In this document: one piece after another, positions 26,885-41,080 of the stretch | Layout of the letters: every line of letters begins with the position of its first letter | Numbering within the stretch: position 1 is the stretch's first letter | Assembly: GCA_047495785.1 (NCBI GenBank) | Contig: JBLDXI010000007.1 | Coordinates: 744,001 to 808,000 of the forward strand | From: Lepidodermella squamata | Taxonomy: Eukaryota; Animalia; Gastrotricha | Direction of reading: 5' to 3' | DNA: 64,000 nt | The notes under the pieces: generated by a model | The model's database searches: none | The model's input: the letters and a program-made list of their open reading frames with translations, nothing else | What the model was told of the DNA's origin: nothing | Made by a program: the position numbers and the translations under genes

Positions 26885-29558
26885 ATGCGCCTAAGACGCC
26901 GGCGGGGTGACGTTGACGCACCCTTCGCCGCTCTGCTGCACAACCTTCAACGCCGTCAACACCGTCACACACCGCTGCACACACCGCGGCGGTGTAGGAT
27001 AGTCAGCAGCCGACGGGACATTTCGCTCCTGCCGGCTCGGCTGCTCGTTATGCTCACTGTCTTCAATCTGCTGTCTAGACATATAGGTGAAGATTCGTCA
27101 TCGGTTTAACACATGTGTTTTGGCGTCGATTAAAATTAATAAATATTAATTAACTACTATTAAAAAATATTTGAAGTTGCGCGTTTCGAATTTTATTTTA
27201 ATTTCAATTTTTTTCAAATTTTCATGTTTTTTAATTTTATTAATTTATTTAAAAAACAGGCACCGCTGCTCTTTCGGATGAAAAACGGCTCATCAAGCGC
27301 CTTATAGACAACTATACACAAGCTGGTAAGATTGGTCGACCCGTCAAAAGCCAGTAAGTTGATCTATTTTTGCCAAAAAATGACCATGAAAAAATGCTTC
27401 TCCAATAGAAATGAAACGCTACGGGTCGAGTATGGCCTTAGCCTTATTCAAATTATGGATTTGGACGAGAAGAATCAAATTCTTACTACAAACGTCTGGT
27501 GCAAATATGTGAGTGGAAATTTAGAGTTAATGTGTCTTTTTAATCGAAATTCCTCCGATTTCAGAAATGGTTAGACCACTTTTTAACATGGAATGAAGCA
27601 GACTTTGGTGGCGTAAAACAAATCCGTATTCCAATTCATTTCATTTGGTATGGCTTTTGTGTTTGCCAGCGATTTTTTTGAAACCGTTTTCCTTTTCCAA
27701 CAGGAAACCGGATTTTGTGTTATACAATTAGTAAGTTCTATTTTTTGAACCTATCGCTCTTTAGGTGATACATTTTCTTCGAATTTAGTGCTGATGAGAG
27801 ACTTACGGAGCATCGCGATGCGATGGCAGTTATTACCTCAGACGGAAGTGTCACATGGATCCCGCCTGCCATCTTCAAATCGACATGTGAAATTGATACG
27901 ACTAATTTTCGTTAGTTTTTCACCCTAACACACGTGCCAGGCGCCTTGATATTTAATTTCTCATTTCGCCGAACAGCTTTCGACGAGCAGAACTGCTCGA
28001 TGAAGTTTGGATCGTGGACGTACAACGGCAATGCGCTAGATCCTTTCTTCTTCGAAAGCAAAGAATACATCGCGCTGGACGACTACGTTCGCTCGCAGGA
28101 ATGGATCATCTTGGAGCATGGTGCAAAGAAGAACATTCAGATTTATGAATGCTGTCCTAACGAGCCTTATCCTGATCTTACCTTCAACATCAGTGAGCTT
28201 TTGATTGGTACAACTATAGCCGTCTTTATATGAATTTTCGCGCGTAGAATTGAGGCGGAAGGCAGCTTTTTACAACTACATCCTGATCTTGCCCTGTGTA
28301 CTCCTGTCAACCATCACGATGGTCCTGTTCATGCTGCCGCCAGAATCGCCAGCGAAAATGCAATTGGGCATCAACATTTTCGTCGCTTTCTTCCTTCTCT
28401 TGCTCTTGCTCAAAGACACTACGCCACCAGCTTCGCATCGCATTCCGCTGATTGGTAAGTTTTGCGCGGGATGATTCATCACTTCCTTATTCGATCATTT
28501 TATAGGCGCCTATTATTGTTTCAACATGATTATGACAACGGTCTCAACTTTCTTGTGCGCTGTCGTTGTCGACATGCACTTTCGTGCTGACAAGCGAAGT
28601 CCGCCTCCTCGTTGGCTCAAAAACGTAAACAATGATAGAGCCCTTGAAATTGAGCAGTTTTTGAGTAATTTCTATACAATCTAGCTGATGATCGACGTTA
28701 TGGCGCGAGCCATGTGCATCCGAGTGCCGAAGCCGAAGAAGCCGCAACCCGGCCAGCCGGTAATAATGGGCGGCGCGACGCGATCGGCGTCGATGGGCGC
28801 CTCGCTGGCTCAAACTGCTCAGGGTATGCACCGGCGCTCGCTCGAGCAGAACGTCAGCGGAGCTGCTGGTGAAGCTCAAAGCCTGACGGGCAGCTTGCGC
28901 TCGAGCGGCCACGCCGGCGCTGCTCAACAGCTGTCGAGTTCTACTCAACGCCCTCTTAAAAGCCAGGGGCAAAGTTCGCGAGGCCAATCGCGTAACTTCA
29001 ACAAATTTGAGGTACTACTCAGCTTTCATCATTCAGCTTTCATCCATCTTGTTTTTTCAGCTGAATGAATTATTACCAAGTCAACAAGGCAATCCTAACA
29101 ATGCACCTTCTCCGACCGGTGGTAGCGGCGCCTGCATGATGGCGCCATCAGTGTCGTGTCAACAACAGCCGTTGTCGACGCTAGCTGGCTCGCCGTCCGT
29201 TATCGGCGGACTGTCTCAGAAGCCAGCCGACATGGGCGAGGAGGCGCAAGCCGGTGCTGGAGCTGGTGACACGTCGCCGATTCACTTTCCCCAGTCGGCG
29301 GAGAACGAAGTGCGCGAGATCAAGAAGCTGATCCGCGCTTACATTCAGAAGACGCAATCCAAGGAGCAAACTATGCAGGGCACGTCCGAGTGGCGCATCA
29401 TCAGCATGGTGCTCGATCGCATCTTCTTTTATTTATACATCGCCTGCATGATTATTTCGCTGACTAAGCTTTTCCCTCAACCGCCTGCAGACCTCATCGA
29501 AGGACCGCGCTTTCCCAACGGCACCGCTATCCTTGAAGGTGAATCGTCGGAGCATTAG
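26885..29558 (+). CDS. Nicotinic acetylcholine receptor alpha-type subunit, predicted anion-selective (PAK motif)
   Basis: 11 exons: 26885-27086, 27260-27353, 27409-27508, 27565-27647, 27704-27730, 27789-27910, 27977-28192, 28248-28454, 28506-28624, 28685-29011, 29061-29558. Motifs DLDEKNQILTTNVW, WKPDFVLYN, Cys-loop CEIDTTNFPFDEQNC, GSWTY, YECC...PY and PPESPAKMQLG. Confidence 0.95.
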
Positions 29559-30589
29559 AACTTCCTAGTTTATACTGTGGAAATGACAGAACAAGCGCGC
29601 TTTATTATAAAATCCACCTTTTATCAAACAATTTCAAAAACGCAACTTTTTTCATGAACCATTACAACTACACTCACTGCCACTTTTTCTGATATACTGT
29701 ACAATTTTCGTTATACTTGTCGATCGTGTCGATAGCGAATGATTCAAACTTAATGTACAAACTTCTCTACTACAGCATTATTTTCTCATTCAAATGAGGG
29801 CGGGATAGCGGTCATAACTGGACTCATTTTCATTCACTTGCTACCCGTCTGAATTATCAAAGCCCTGGAAGAATCACTTCGACACAAAAACTGCTTCTAT
29901 GGCACTGCGTAGAGACAGGTTAACAATATACGCACTGATTTATTGCTTCAGATAAAGAATAATCCGAATCCATTATTTTGCGACTTGGTTTTGATTTCGC
30001 GGTCAGGAGGAGTTTATTTTCACTCGAAGGAAAAAACTAATTTTATTTCTAGCAATCTTACCTCGCCAGCTCCACCTCAGTCATACTTCACGAGCGGTTA
30101 TAGAAAAGAGATCTTTTATCGATTGATTGTAATTACATTATAATATATGTTATCATTGTATTGATTTTTTTACACTTGCAAAATGGACTGAAGAGAATAA
30201 AATTTGAGAAGTGTTATATGCGTATGCTTCAATTTGTCAAAAAATGTTGGAAATGGGATACTACGGCCCACGATGGCAGTACTCAGGTGAATCTCCGTCA
30301 AAATCCAGTGCAACATTGTGATAATCTTTATTGGCAACAAATGATAAGAGGTCTTCAGGGATGACATGCTTGCCAGGATTCAATAACAGCAGAAAAAGAA
30401 TAATCCAGTCCACGCATGAGCCAGCTTGATAAGAGTTCGAATAACTCCTAGAACTTAACTAAGCTGGCTCTCGAGAGTTGACAATGAATAGGTAAATGAG
30501 GAAAGTGTTGAATACAACATCAGAAAAAGGAGATACACGAAATCAACATTGACTTGAATTTAGGACTAAGAAAATCGAAATCCTGTTGC

Positions 30590-32737
30590 TCAGAAGAAAT
30601 GACTTTGTTGGTTTGGATCAGGAGATTCTGCGGCGTAGCCAGTAGTTGTACCTTCGGCTGAACTAACGCCGTCTCCATCCAGACTACGCATATCGCACAG
30701 GTTCTCATTAGAAGCAGACCACAAAAGAGGAACAAACAGATACCCCGGCACAGCCATCGCCAGAAAAGCGCTGACAAGAAATGTCAGCACGTCAACTTTG
30801 TAGGCCAACTGCTTCCACAGTCTACCATTGCGGGCCTTGAAAGCTTGCTGTAAACGGGATGGCAACAAGGCATGTCGCCTCGCTGCCGTTGAAGCTCGTT
30901 GGCCTGTGCTTCTACGCCGGCTGTAGGTTGAAGCGCAGAACCCACAACAACGAATCCGCTTCAATGATTTCTTGACTCGTAACGGTGGGGCATTCGAGAC
31001 TCGAGGTCGGCGCACGCAGGTTGCTCGCTGGCAAGGAGCTACGGCATGAGTGTACGACAGACGCCTATCGCCTACTTTCTTCGAAGCTCCGATCGAATCA
31101 TCGTCTTCGATATCAGACCCATTTTCAATATGTTTCTCAAGGGAGTACTGTGGCTCAGCAATCATTGGAGAATCAGCTGATTTAGCATCACTATTGCTAA
31201 GCACTCTTGCCCTGACGTTAGAGAATCTGTAGCGCTTTTCGTAACTAGCCGGGAACGAAATCGCAGGTTCAGTAGTAGCTTTTGACAGCTGATTGAGGAA
31301 CTCGCCCGATTCTTCGCCGCTAATTTCCTTCGTAATAGCAGGTTCGTAAAAGCTAATCGAAACAGGTGGTGGTGGTGGCAGTGATGGTTGACTGTGTTCG
31401 TTCTCGACATGACTTGGTCCAGTTAACAAGTGCCGTGTGTCATTGAAGTCTACGCCATCGAGCGCATCTTCTGATTCGTCGCGTTCAGGCATTTCGCGCC
31501 AAATGACAGGAACCCAAATTAAGAGACAGACAAACAAGCGAGGCGGTGGCCGGTTTTGTGTTGTTAGGAGTCTCTCCACGAACACAGATTCAAAGATGCC
31601 AATGGCTGATAGTACAATCAAAGCGATGATGTACTTGGATAGCGCAGTTACAGCATCAGAGGTTTTGGGCTATGGTTGTAAACACACATTACGGACAACA
31701 ACTTAAAATTCTAACAAGCTCACCATTTCTTCTGTAACGATTGTCTGGAACACAACCAAAGTAAGGAGGTTAGTAGTACCGAAACCGATTCGGTCAGCCG
31801 TGGTATCTTGCGAAGAAATGACGAATACAGACATCTGAATCATAGACAATGTTGCACAAGGAAACATCAAGTTTATAATGTAGAAAGTCGATTTCCTGCG
31901 AACAGATATGTCGAACCGGAGTCGGGAGAAGGTTTCGTTAGTGAAGTACGTGTGATTATAAGTCTGTTAAACGGAAGTTCAAACCCTCTGTTTTGTATAA
32001 GCTGAATTAACTTACTGTGACACGCCACTGGCAAATGGTCCAAAGTTGCGAGACGAAGGAAGTGTCGAGCCGTAGCTCACTGGTTCCGTCGAAAACCAGA
32101 TTGTTAACCTCGAGAGACCAAGATTCGAACTCGAGGGAACATTTTTGGTAGTCAAAAGGAAAGGTCATAAGCTTCAAGTCGCACCATGTTCGAGCCGTCC
32201 CTGTAGGCACATATTTAAGCGTTCCATCACTCGAAACGCGTACATTGAAGCGATTATCCCGAGTTATCGAGTACAGATGATCTGCAGAATTAGTCATCTA
32301 TCAAAGGATGAAAGATGAAAAATCATTAATACAGCTAAGGAAACATAACGTACTGCTATATCGGGTAGACCAACTTGCTCAGCGTCTAAGGATAGGTATG
32401 TGATGTTTGCAAATTCCGATGGCGACCACTGCAGACGAGAGTCATGCCACTCGATAAATAAAGCAACGACCGACTCGAAGATGCCTTCTTTCTCAATCGT
32501 TGATTTGACTTTGATCAGCAAAACGTCCATATGCACTTTAAGTTGCTGAACGACTTGCGCTGCTTTATGGTAATTAGAGAAGAGTTTTCGAATTAGAGTC
32601 AGCGACACGCCACTAGGCTCGTGGGGTTCATCATCTGGCCCGTCATGAACCTCAATGGGCTCGGTAACTGTTTGAGTTTGTCGGACAAGAGCCATCAGCA
32701 GCAAAATTACAGCGAGATGTCGTCGGTAACAAATCAT
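30590..32737 (-). CDS. Divergent Cys-loop ligand-gated channel subunit, paralogue 1 (cation-type pore)
   Basis: Four exons: 32737-32354, 32297-32016, 31963-31724, 31669-30590. Signal peptide, Cys-loop CDLKLMTFPFDYQKC, ESWS, M2 ADRIGFGTTNLLTLVVFQTIVTEE, and W..LAYKVD before M4. Confidence 0.92.
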
Positions 32738-33674
32738 TTCGACCTTGTTGCGACAATTTTCTTGCCAGATGCAGTACTGAACGGAAGTGATTTGAGTTTC
32801 GTGTGTGGCCTCGATGTTATTTACTGAGAAGCTACTGAGTGTAGCCGCTCACACCCGATTGTGATCGCACCTTACGACCGTTTATCGACGAACCGCTGCA
32901 CCCACCCTTGCATATCTAGGAAAACAACAAGGGCGTGAAACTGGGCATAGATGATGGACACACGGAACAAAGACGTAGAATTTTCTTCCGTTACAATCGA
33001 TTCCTCATTTAATGCGCTTTTATTACATTCTCTGTCTCAAGACATTCATACATAAAATACCTACGGATTCCTCGCTCCAGTAAACTTGAAATAAGTTTTT
33101 TTGAGAAAAGGATACAGCGCTAACATTTCTTTTATTACATGTCCCTTTTATTTATATCATATAAACGCATTCCTTCTATCACGTTTTTCATCCAAGTTGC
33201 AGTTTGTATTTTCTGGGAAGCAAATCATGAATTAATAAAGGTTCGGAGGAATGCTCAGACAATTTAGTTTGAAATAAATTGAACATAATAAGATTATTTT
33301 TGGAATACACAGGTTGCAATTTCAACTTGATTTAAGGAAAAAACGAAGACATTATCGTGGCTCATGCAGATTGTGTAGGTTCAAATCCTGAGTTTAGACG
33401 GCTATTCCGATTTATTGTCGCCGCGATATCGGGGATTTTAATGTCTGTCGTATTATCCTAAATCTGCAGTCCACACGTGGACGATACCTGTAAAATTCGA
33501 CAACAGCCCTGCAAGGCTTCTCCGAAGTACTTTGATGTAGGCTGAAAATTTGGCTAAGCCTCTAAATTGTCTGTCATGCGGCCGAAAATATATGATCTGA
33601 AACAAAAATAATCGCACCCCTTTATTTCAACGGATTCGAGATTTGAGTGCGTTAGAGATAACCCAGCGTGGATT

Positions 33675-35206
33675 TCAGCCTGATTTCATAACCGACAAAC
33701 TTGTTCTATTTCGCATTCCGGCCACTGAATCCGTGCTTTTCAGCCGATGTCGGTTGCGATGACGCCTTATGATGAACAAAAACGATCGGCCGTAGATTAG
33801 AGGGTTAACCACAGTATTTAGCTGAAAATAAAACAGGGAAGCTGAATAAAGAGCATTTATATCCAAATAAGAAACTCACGGAAAGAACGAATTCAAAGAT
33901 TTTCAGATGCGAAAGGAGTTGTGCCATTACTTCGATGCGAAATTCAGTGGTAAAAACTAGCTTGTTGGCGATTTGCAGACACACGAAAGGTAACCACGTG
34001 ATGAAGAATAAACCCAGAGTCAGCATGAGTGAATTTCTGTGAAAAAACAGTTAAGCAATTGGAATTCATTCAAAGCATGAGAAATTACGAGAAACGCTTC
34101 CGACCCGCAAGTAGGCTCGACTGTTGAATAGAGCTCTTTGACCTCGGTATCGGACTGCATGTTGAAGACATTGCAGCTGGTGAGTTCATCTTCGTGACCG
34201 AATATCGGCAGGGAATCACCAATTCACTCATGGCGCGATTCAAAACTGGAGAACAATTGGAAAGATTGACTTGCAAACGGCCATGTTCCTCTTGCCTAGG
34301 ACCGACGGATGAAACGGAAACCTCCTGATTAGAAGAGGACTTTCGTTGATCAGATTGGCTGTTTGCGAACAAGCTGCTCTGCGATCTTCGAAGTCGAATG
34401 ATAGTTTTCGTGTACAGTGCGACGCAGATGAAAGCAACAACAACCCAGACGACAATTGCCACGATTTCATTCACTGGATTGCGATCACAGATGTCTAGAA
34501 CTTCACAGTAATTTTCCGGGAATATCTTGTCCTCATCTGATACGATCGATCTCTTGCATGATTGATCAATGTTTATACTGAAAAACCAATCGAAAAATGC
34601 GGCGAAAAAAGCCAAGATGACGTAGATGGCTGTCGCAATTACAAAGTTGGAAGTTAACCTCGAATTTTGAAGGCGATGGTGGATGGGGTGGCAAACTGCG
34701 AAGTAGTTATCCATTGCGCAGCCAAGCGATGCGCCAATAACAAGTAGATGCCAGAATGATCTCATACCGCCTTGCTTCAAGACTCTCAAACAGGTGATCC
34801 AAGCTCCAGAAGGTTGAGCAAATTTGAGTGAAATCAATTCAGTCAGATGGCTTGTGCAGAATAAGATATGGGCTACCGTCAGCAGTGCCACGTAAACGCA
34901 ATGGCTGCGTAGGTTAGAGAGTCGGGTCAGAGAAGTCAGCATAACTATGAATACGAGGAGATTTAGCAGGAGACCAATGCTGTAAACTGCCGCATCAGCG
35001 TATTCTTGTTTGCTAACTGGCTGCTCCTTCGCGATTAATTCTACCAAATTGTGTAAACTGGATACATTTTTGATGAGCAGTTCATAAGGAGACTCGTAAT
35101 CATCCACCTCACTGCTACCAAAGCTGGGTGCGATCGCCACATTGATCACTAGGTCTTCCACAAATCCAACTGAATTGTTTTTCAAGAAAATGCTCCAGCT
35201 ATTCAT
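33675..35206 (-). CDS. Orphan class A GPCR, tandem copy A
   Basis: Three exons (35206-~34089, ~34036-33880, ~33821-33675); 7 hydrophobic segments; MDNYFAVCHP; FFITWLP; NPLIY. Confidence 0.88.
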
Positions 35207-36701
35207 TGTCGCTGATGGTAAAGTGTATCGCTGCTGTTAGTCTTGCGTGGAAAAAGGGTTGTACGGGTTAGACGTTGCGGCATTTTCATTAGTGATATAA
35301 GTTTAATCTCTTATCGCCAGTTATATCCTACGTGTGTCCAGAAGTAAGCCGCCGTGATCTGTGAATGTCTCTAAACCGCTTGTATTATGAAGGTGCGACC
35401 TCACAAATCGTATTATACGAGGGACGGGGGAAAGCGTCTTCAATCGGTGAAATTGCTGACGCTGATCGCGAGGTTGAAGATGCACTCGAGAATTGCAATG
35501 CAGACGAATCCCGATAAGCTCGGTTATTAGTGTTTGCTGTAAATTCAACTGCTAAATTAACTTGCGTCAATTAAGCTGACAGGATTAATAATCAAAATGT
35601 AATGATACTTGCCGGATGTTCAAAATAAACAGTTTCATCTAGATAAAAGCTGGACTCATTTTTGGGTCGAGTTAATTATGGAAATAATTCGCGAATGGAT
35701 CTCGTCAGGAATTCAGCATAGGTGGGGAGAACATTGGTCCATCGAGGATCGAGGTAGATGAGATATATCCGATTTCCCGAAATAGTTCTCCTGAAAAACT
35801 GTTAGGCAAAATAAATGTCTGACGATTTTATTGAAAGATACTCTGCTGTAAAATCATTCGAATCGCGCGATATCACACGGAATATTCCCTTGGGAGCCTT
35901 GGGAGCAATCAAAAATAAGATAGATTTATATAACTCGTAAAGAGGTTGAATTTAACTTTCAAACGAGAAAGCGGGCTTGGCGCGTAATATATTAGGGTAC
36001 GCGGAAGTATTGCATGCCTTGCAGCCCTGGTGCGCCACGTATATATAAATTCCCCGAAAAGGCTGCGAGGTGCTAGGAGAAGAACCTATCATGTGTATGA
36101 TATTTCTCCGAAAATACATCCATGTGGCGAGCAGTTTTTCCTCGAAAAGTAGAAACAATTGACTGTTAAGGCCTTGTGACTAAAACGTTTTAGTCTCAAG
36201 GTTAAAATCCGTTTCACGCGAAACGTAAATCAAACACATGGTTCTTTCACTATTGATTCACATTTGCAAGTAATTTTCCGAAAACACGTACATTTCGCTG
36301 CGTTAGGCGTTAGGTATATTGAATTCCAGGTAATACGGAAATAAGCTAGAGTAATAAGCAGCAATTTGTGAATAAATAGCGGCGACTTTGTCCAAAAATA
36401 ACACATATCCATTGCACATAGATACATAAAAGGAGGAAATTTAGGAAAACTCCTATATGAGCATTGTGTTGATAGAATCAAAATGTTGGCACATTTTTGT
36501 GCATTAGCTTACCCCCGTTTTTCAGTAAGGTTAGAAGAAAACTCCCACTTGCAATTAGGTTGATTTATTTTACTTCCAAACCAGAGCAGTTCTCATTCCA
36601 TGAAATTGTTCCAGCGGCCTCGAAAAATCTATCAGGGCTTTTTGCTTTATTACCAGCATTCAACCTGATTGAGTCGATCATCGATCATTACTATCTATTG
36701 A

Positions 36702-38360
36702 TTATTTCTTACAGCAGCATTTCAAGGAAGGCCTCAATTCGCTATGGCGAAAACCATAGATGAGAGGGTCCAATATGGCGTTGAACTAAGAAAAGATATA
36801 AGGGCTTTTACAGCAGTAGGAAACATAAAAAAGCTTACCAATAGCAGGACATCACAAAAGGTTATGAAGGGCATCAACGTTCCGAAGTTTTCAACTCGGA
36901 ATTGCTCGGTAAAGAAAAAAACGTTTGCGATTTTGAAACTGAATGCTGGCAGCCATGTGATCAAGAATGCTCCGAAAATGATGATCAAAGTCCGGCTGAA
37001 ATGATTTGAAGCGTTCAACTGAGTTAAGGATGAAAGCTGATTACTTACACGGACTTCCTTCTACTTCTCAACAGTCTGAATCGCTGGAGTTTTGTTGCAG
37101 ATATCGTACTAGAGCCAGATAAATGACTGCGGTATCTGGAAGCTACTCTGAACATCTCGGAGCTGGGCGATGTCACTTGACTTGTCAGTTGAGAGGACAC
37201 GTCTACCTCGCTGTTGGTTGAAGACCGTCCAACGTCACTTGATTGTCTTCGGTTTCGGCTGATGAATGTCTGCAAGAACTCAGGCTCATCTTCTTTATTC
37301 TCGGAAGTTCTGTTCTTAATTCGCAGACTGTAATCATCCCATGCTCGATTAGTTCCATCGTAAGTCGGGTCGTGCGATTTCGATCGTTTCATTTTTATCG
37401 CGACGTCAGTGTTTTCAGGTATTTGAACGGTGGTAGATGACCTTATCATAAATTTCGCCTTTAAATCGAGGGATGACATGGAACTTCTGATGACTGCGAC
37501 TGTTTTCATGTAGAAAAATGAAATGCCGCAGGTGCAAAACAGCCAGAAAAACAGCACAGAAATCTCTTGTATATGCCGCGTTGACTGGCATTGATCAACC
37601 ATTTGACAGAATCCGAGAAATTTTTTGGCGGTAATGGAAGACCAGGCTACAAAAGGTAGCGAGAGATCTGCCTGAGATATGGAGGAAAGCGGCTCACAAC
37701 TTGTCGAATCAAAATCGCTTGGTAACAGCAAATCCGAGGCTGCAATGAAAGCAGCGATGATCGAGGATGCTGCCAGTAATCCGAGGAAAATGTTCTTTCG
37801 GCGAGACTTTTGTCGATGATAAAAGGGGTAACAGATAGCTAAGTAATTGTCAAGAGCACAACCAAATACCGAGCAAAGTAGCAAGAGATTGCTAAGACTA
37901 GTGAACGACCTACGGCGTAGGACACTGAAGCAGATTTCCCAAGCTCCCAGAAGATTCACCGCGACAAAACCGAATTCAGCTAAGTTAGCTGTGCATAACA
38001 AAATGTGAGCAAGAGCCAACAAGCCTATCAGGATTCGCTGGTTCTTTATCAAACGAGAAGACAATCTGCGACTTGACCGGTTTCGGCCCAGGATTGCAAG
38101 TTGAACAAACACAACGCTATTCAGGACTATGCCGACTGCTGATAGAACAATGACTCCGATTTCTTTCGGGGTCGAACTTTGCGAAGATTTGAAACTCGCC
38201 AGTACATCCTTGAAAAATAGCGAATTGATTTATGCCATTTACCGCACATAAAACTAACCAAAAATGGCGATTCACTCTCGTTTTTGAAGTGAGAACTATA
38301 AATTTGGGAAATTAAATAAGAATCTGCGTCTTCTGTTTCCATGGCTGATACAGATTCCAT
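36702..38360 (-). CDS. Orphan class A GPCR, tandem copy B
   Basis: Four exons (38360-~38259, 38208-37049, ~36995-36839, ~36785-36702); LDNYLAICYP; FLITWLP; DPLIYGFR; C-terminal CCC. Confidence 0.88.
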
Positions 38361-39044
38361 TCATTTGGAAAAAATATTGGTATGTATAATACAGCTATGA
38401 CGATGATTAAGTCCTAACTGATAATTAACGTCGATATGCAGGATTCAATAGAGATTTGCAAAAGTGTAAAAATTCTTCTGCGGAACGTATCGATCAATTC
38501 TGAGTCTGCGTATGGCTAGCAGGTAAGTGTTTTTATCACTTGGGTGCATATTTTGAAATTAATTATTAACCTATTGATCTCCGCTTGGCAGACATTTTAT
38601 GTTGAAGAACAGAGTTGTGGGCGAGCAAAGGGTGTGTGTAATCGAGACCTGACTTTTGGGCACAAATCATTGGCGTTTCATCCGAATTTCAATTTTTTAA
38701 GTAAGTCGCATTGGGCCACTTTGAACTACTCCGTCTCGCATTGTTCACTTCTATTACATATCGATTCCCAAATGCCCTAAGCAAACTGAGAATTATTAGC
38801 GAGAACAAAGGCGTACAGATGCCAAACGAGATTATTAGATTTGCATCAATTTGTTATCGGCAGGTTTCCACCATATGAAACGGAGTCATCGATGCACTAA
38901 AAATCGATTACGATGCATCCTTTCCTTTCCCTTCCCTGATCCAATATTCATATCATTACGTTTTAAGGCTTGGCGAAAAGGTCAAAGTAGTTTTCATTTT
39001 TATTTCATCTTGTACTCTTGAACCCATTAGGATTAACACAGGCA

Positions 39045-41080
39045 TTATTTTTTCAGAAGGTGACGAGTCATCCAGCGTCTCATGTCGCCATAAGTGAAAG
39101 CGTACACAATAGGATCAATGACGGCATTGACCTAAATAAAAGATAATCGATTGGCTGTTTTCAGTGAAGCGAGATTAAAGAGTACAAACCAGTTGCAAAG
39201 GCTCTAGAAAAGGGACAATTGGCAATATATTTCTGACCAAATTCGCTCTGATGCTTTCAGTGAAGAAAAATTCGTTCGCAATTTGAAACGCAACAGTTGG
39301 AAGCCACGTGAGAATAAAAACAGCCAAAATGATCAATAGGGCGTACCTTGAAAAAGGACATAATTATGTCATGTTAACGACATCCGATAACTTACGATGA
39401 GCGCCTGCGGTTTCTCAATAGGTTCAATTTTTGCACATGACTTATGCTCGATGTTCGAGTGGTACGTTGCCTGTGGAATGATGAATTACGTTTTTCAAGC
39501 TTCCGTCCGTTTGAAAAACGATGTGACAATGTGACAAGTATCCTTGCGGTTGGCGTTCGGTTGAATACAGGTGCAGAGTCTTGCCAAGGATCAATAGTTC
39601 GCGAAGGTGTATCAGTGGCTTCTATTTTGCTTATAGATGAACTGCGTGGATCACCGCTTTCCCTATTCAACAAGGAAAAGGTGACGTCTGCAGCTTTGTC
39701 AAATGATGCCTTGCTAGTGACTGAATTCTTCCTGAACAATTTGAAACTACTCGAAGTGCCATTGGTGCTGCGCTTCATTGAAGCTGATGAAAATAAGGCC
39801 TGCTCTGCTCCATCGCTGTTGATAGTTCCAGTGACACTGGATAGCATAGATTCGTTCCTCCTACGTGGGGACCGAAAAAAACTCATGCGACGGTTTAGCG
39901 TTGTCGAGGAAGACGGATCTGCCAGGGCTTGCAAGTCGAAGACACTGTTAACAGAGTTTCGCAAGACGACTACAACGGAGATGTAAGAAAACGAGACAAC
40001 GACTGCGCTGATTGACCAAATAATTATGATTGCAACCTCCACCAGGGGCTTATACTTTCGGCAATCATCAATAAATTGGCAGTACTTGGAAAAGTCGTCG
40101 GAAGAAGAAAGTTGGAAAAACGAGAAGAAAGAGTAATGCGTCGAGCCGTTATTAGAGCCATTAGCGACAAAGCCTTGGCTTTTTACATTTTCCGTGCAAT
40201 CCGCGTCAGTTTGAAACGGGAGGATGAAATCGGAGGAGCTAAGGAAAACCGCCCCCAAGAAATAGGCGACAATACCAAATAAAAATATTCCGACTAGTCG
40301 GGTGCTTTGAAAGCGATGCAACATTGGCCTGCAAACTGCAAGGTAATTGTCCACGGCACAGCCGGATATCGAGCCAATGACTAATAAATTACACAACGAT
40401 TTAACTGTTCGCTTCTTTAGAAGTTGTATGCATGCTGTCCAAGTTCCGCCGGCTCCAAGCATCAGCAAGATCACTTCGGCAATATGCGCCACGCAGTAGG
40501 CAGCGTGTGCGAGTGAAAGCAAAGCAATTAAGATCCTTTGATTTCTACGACGCCACGCGGCCATCTTTCGGCCGATATGACACTGCGCGACTAGGAGTAC
40601 GGTATTGACAAGAAGGCCAACTACAGCAATGATCAAGAAGAAAGTTTCATGCCCAGCAAGTTTTCGTGAAGACTGAATTTCAGCATAACGGAGTTGCTAC
40701 AGAAAACGGGATATTTTACTTAATTTCCAACCAAAAATTGGGGTAAGTACAGTCAGCCCCCGCTATAACGCAATATCGGAGACTAGAAAAAGTTGCGTGT
40801 CGGCAATACTTGCGCTATGGCGATGATTTTTACCACTGTTGCTGTGTATTTGACCGCCGAAAATGTTGCGCGCCAGCAAAACTTGCGTTAGTTGCGTTAT
40901 AGCGAGGTCTGACTGTAACAATAAAACTATGCATATAGTGGGACTTACCATAATCGAATTGTTCTTGAAGCTCTCAAGATCGAGATTCAGCATGTATCGG
41001 TATATATGTTGGTCGAGGTCAAGCTCCTCTTGCAGTGAGTCCGGCGGGTCATCGGGCTGATCAGCTACCAGGTCAGACAT
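39045..41080 (-). CDS. Orphan class A GPCR, tandem copy C
   Basis: Four exons (41080-40949, 40695-39396, ~39346-39190, ~39131-39045); VDNYLAVCRP; FILTWLP; DPIVY. The start codon is uncertain. Confidence 0.87.
40750..40915. mobile_element. MITE of Tc1/mariner-pogo type in intron 1 of GPCR copy C
   Basis: ~25 bp TIRs: left CAGTCAGCCCCCGCTATAACGCAA, right reverse complement CAGTCAGACCTCGCTATAACGCAA. TA flanks both ends (TSD); 166 bp long; no ORF. Confidence 0.88.

Noticed and set aside
31580-32485. GIFESV occurring twice per divergent channel (ectodomain and M3) as an internal duplication
   Set aside because: Only six residues in structurally unrelated contexts; flanks do not align, so most likely coincidence.
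33355-33395. tRNA gene (GGTTCAAATCC B-box, weak A-box)
   Set aside because: No cloverleaf; at most a degraded SINE or tRNA fragment.
36178-36195. Perfect 18-bp palindrome GACTAAAACGTTTTAGTC as a terminator
   Set aside because: Intrinsic terminators do not apply to Pol II genes; it is isolated and no function can be supported.
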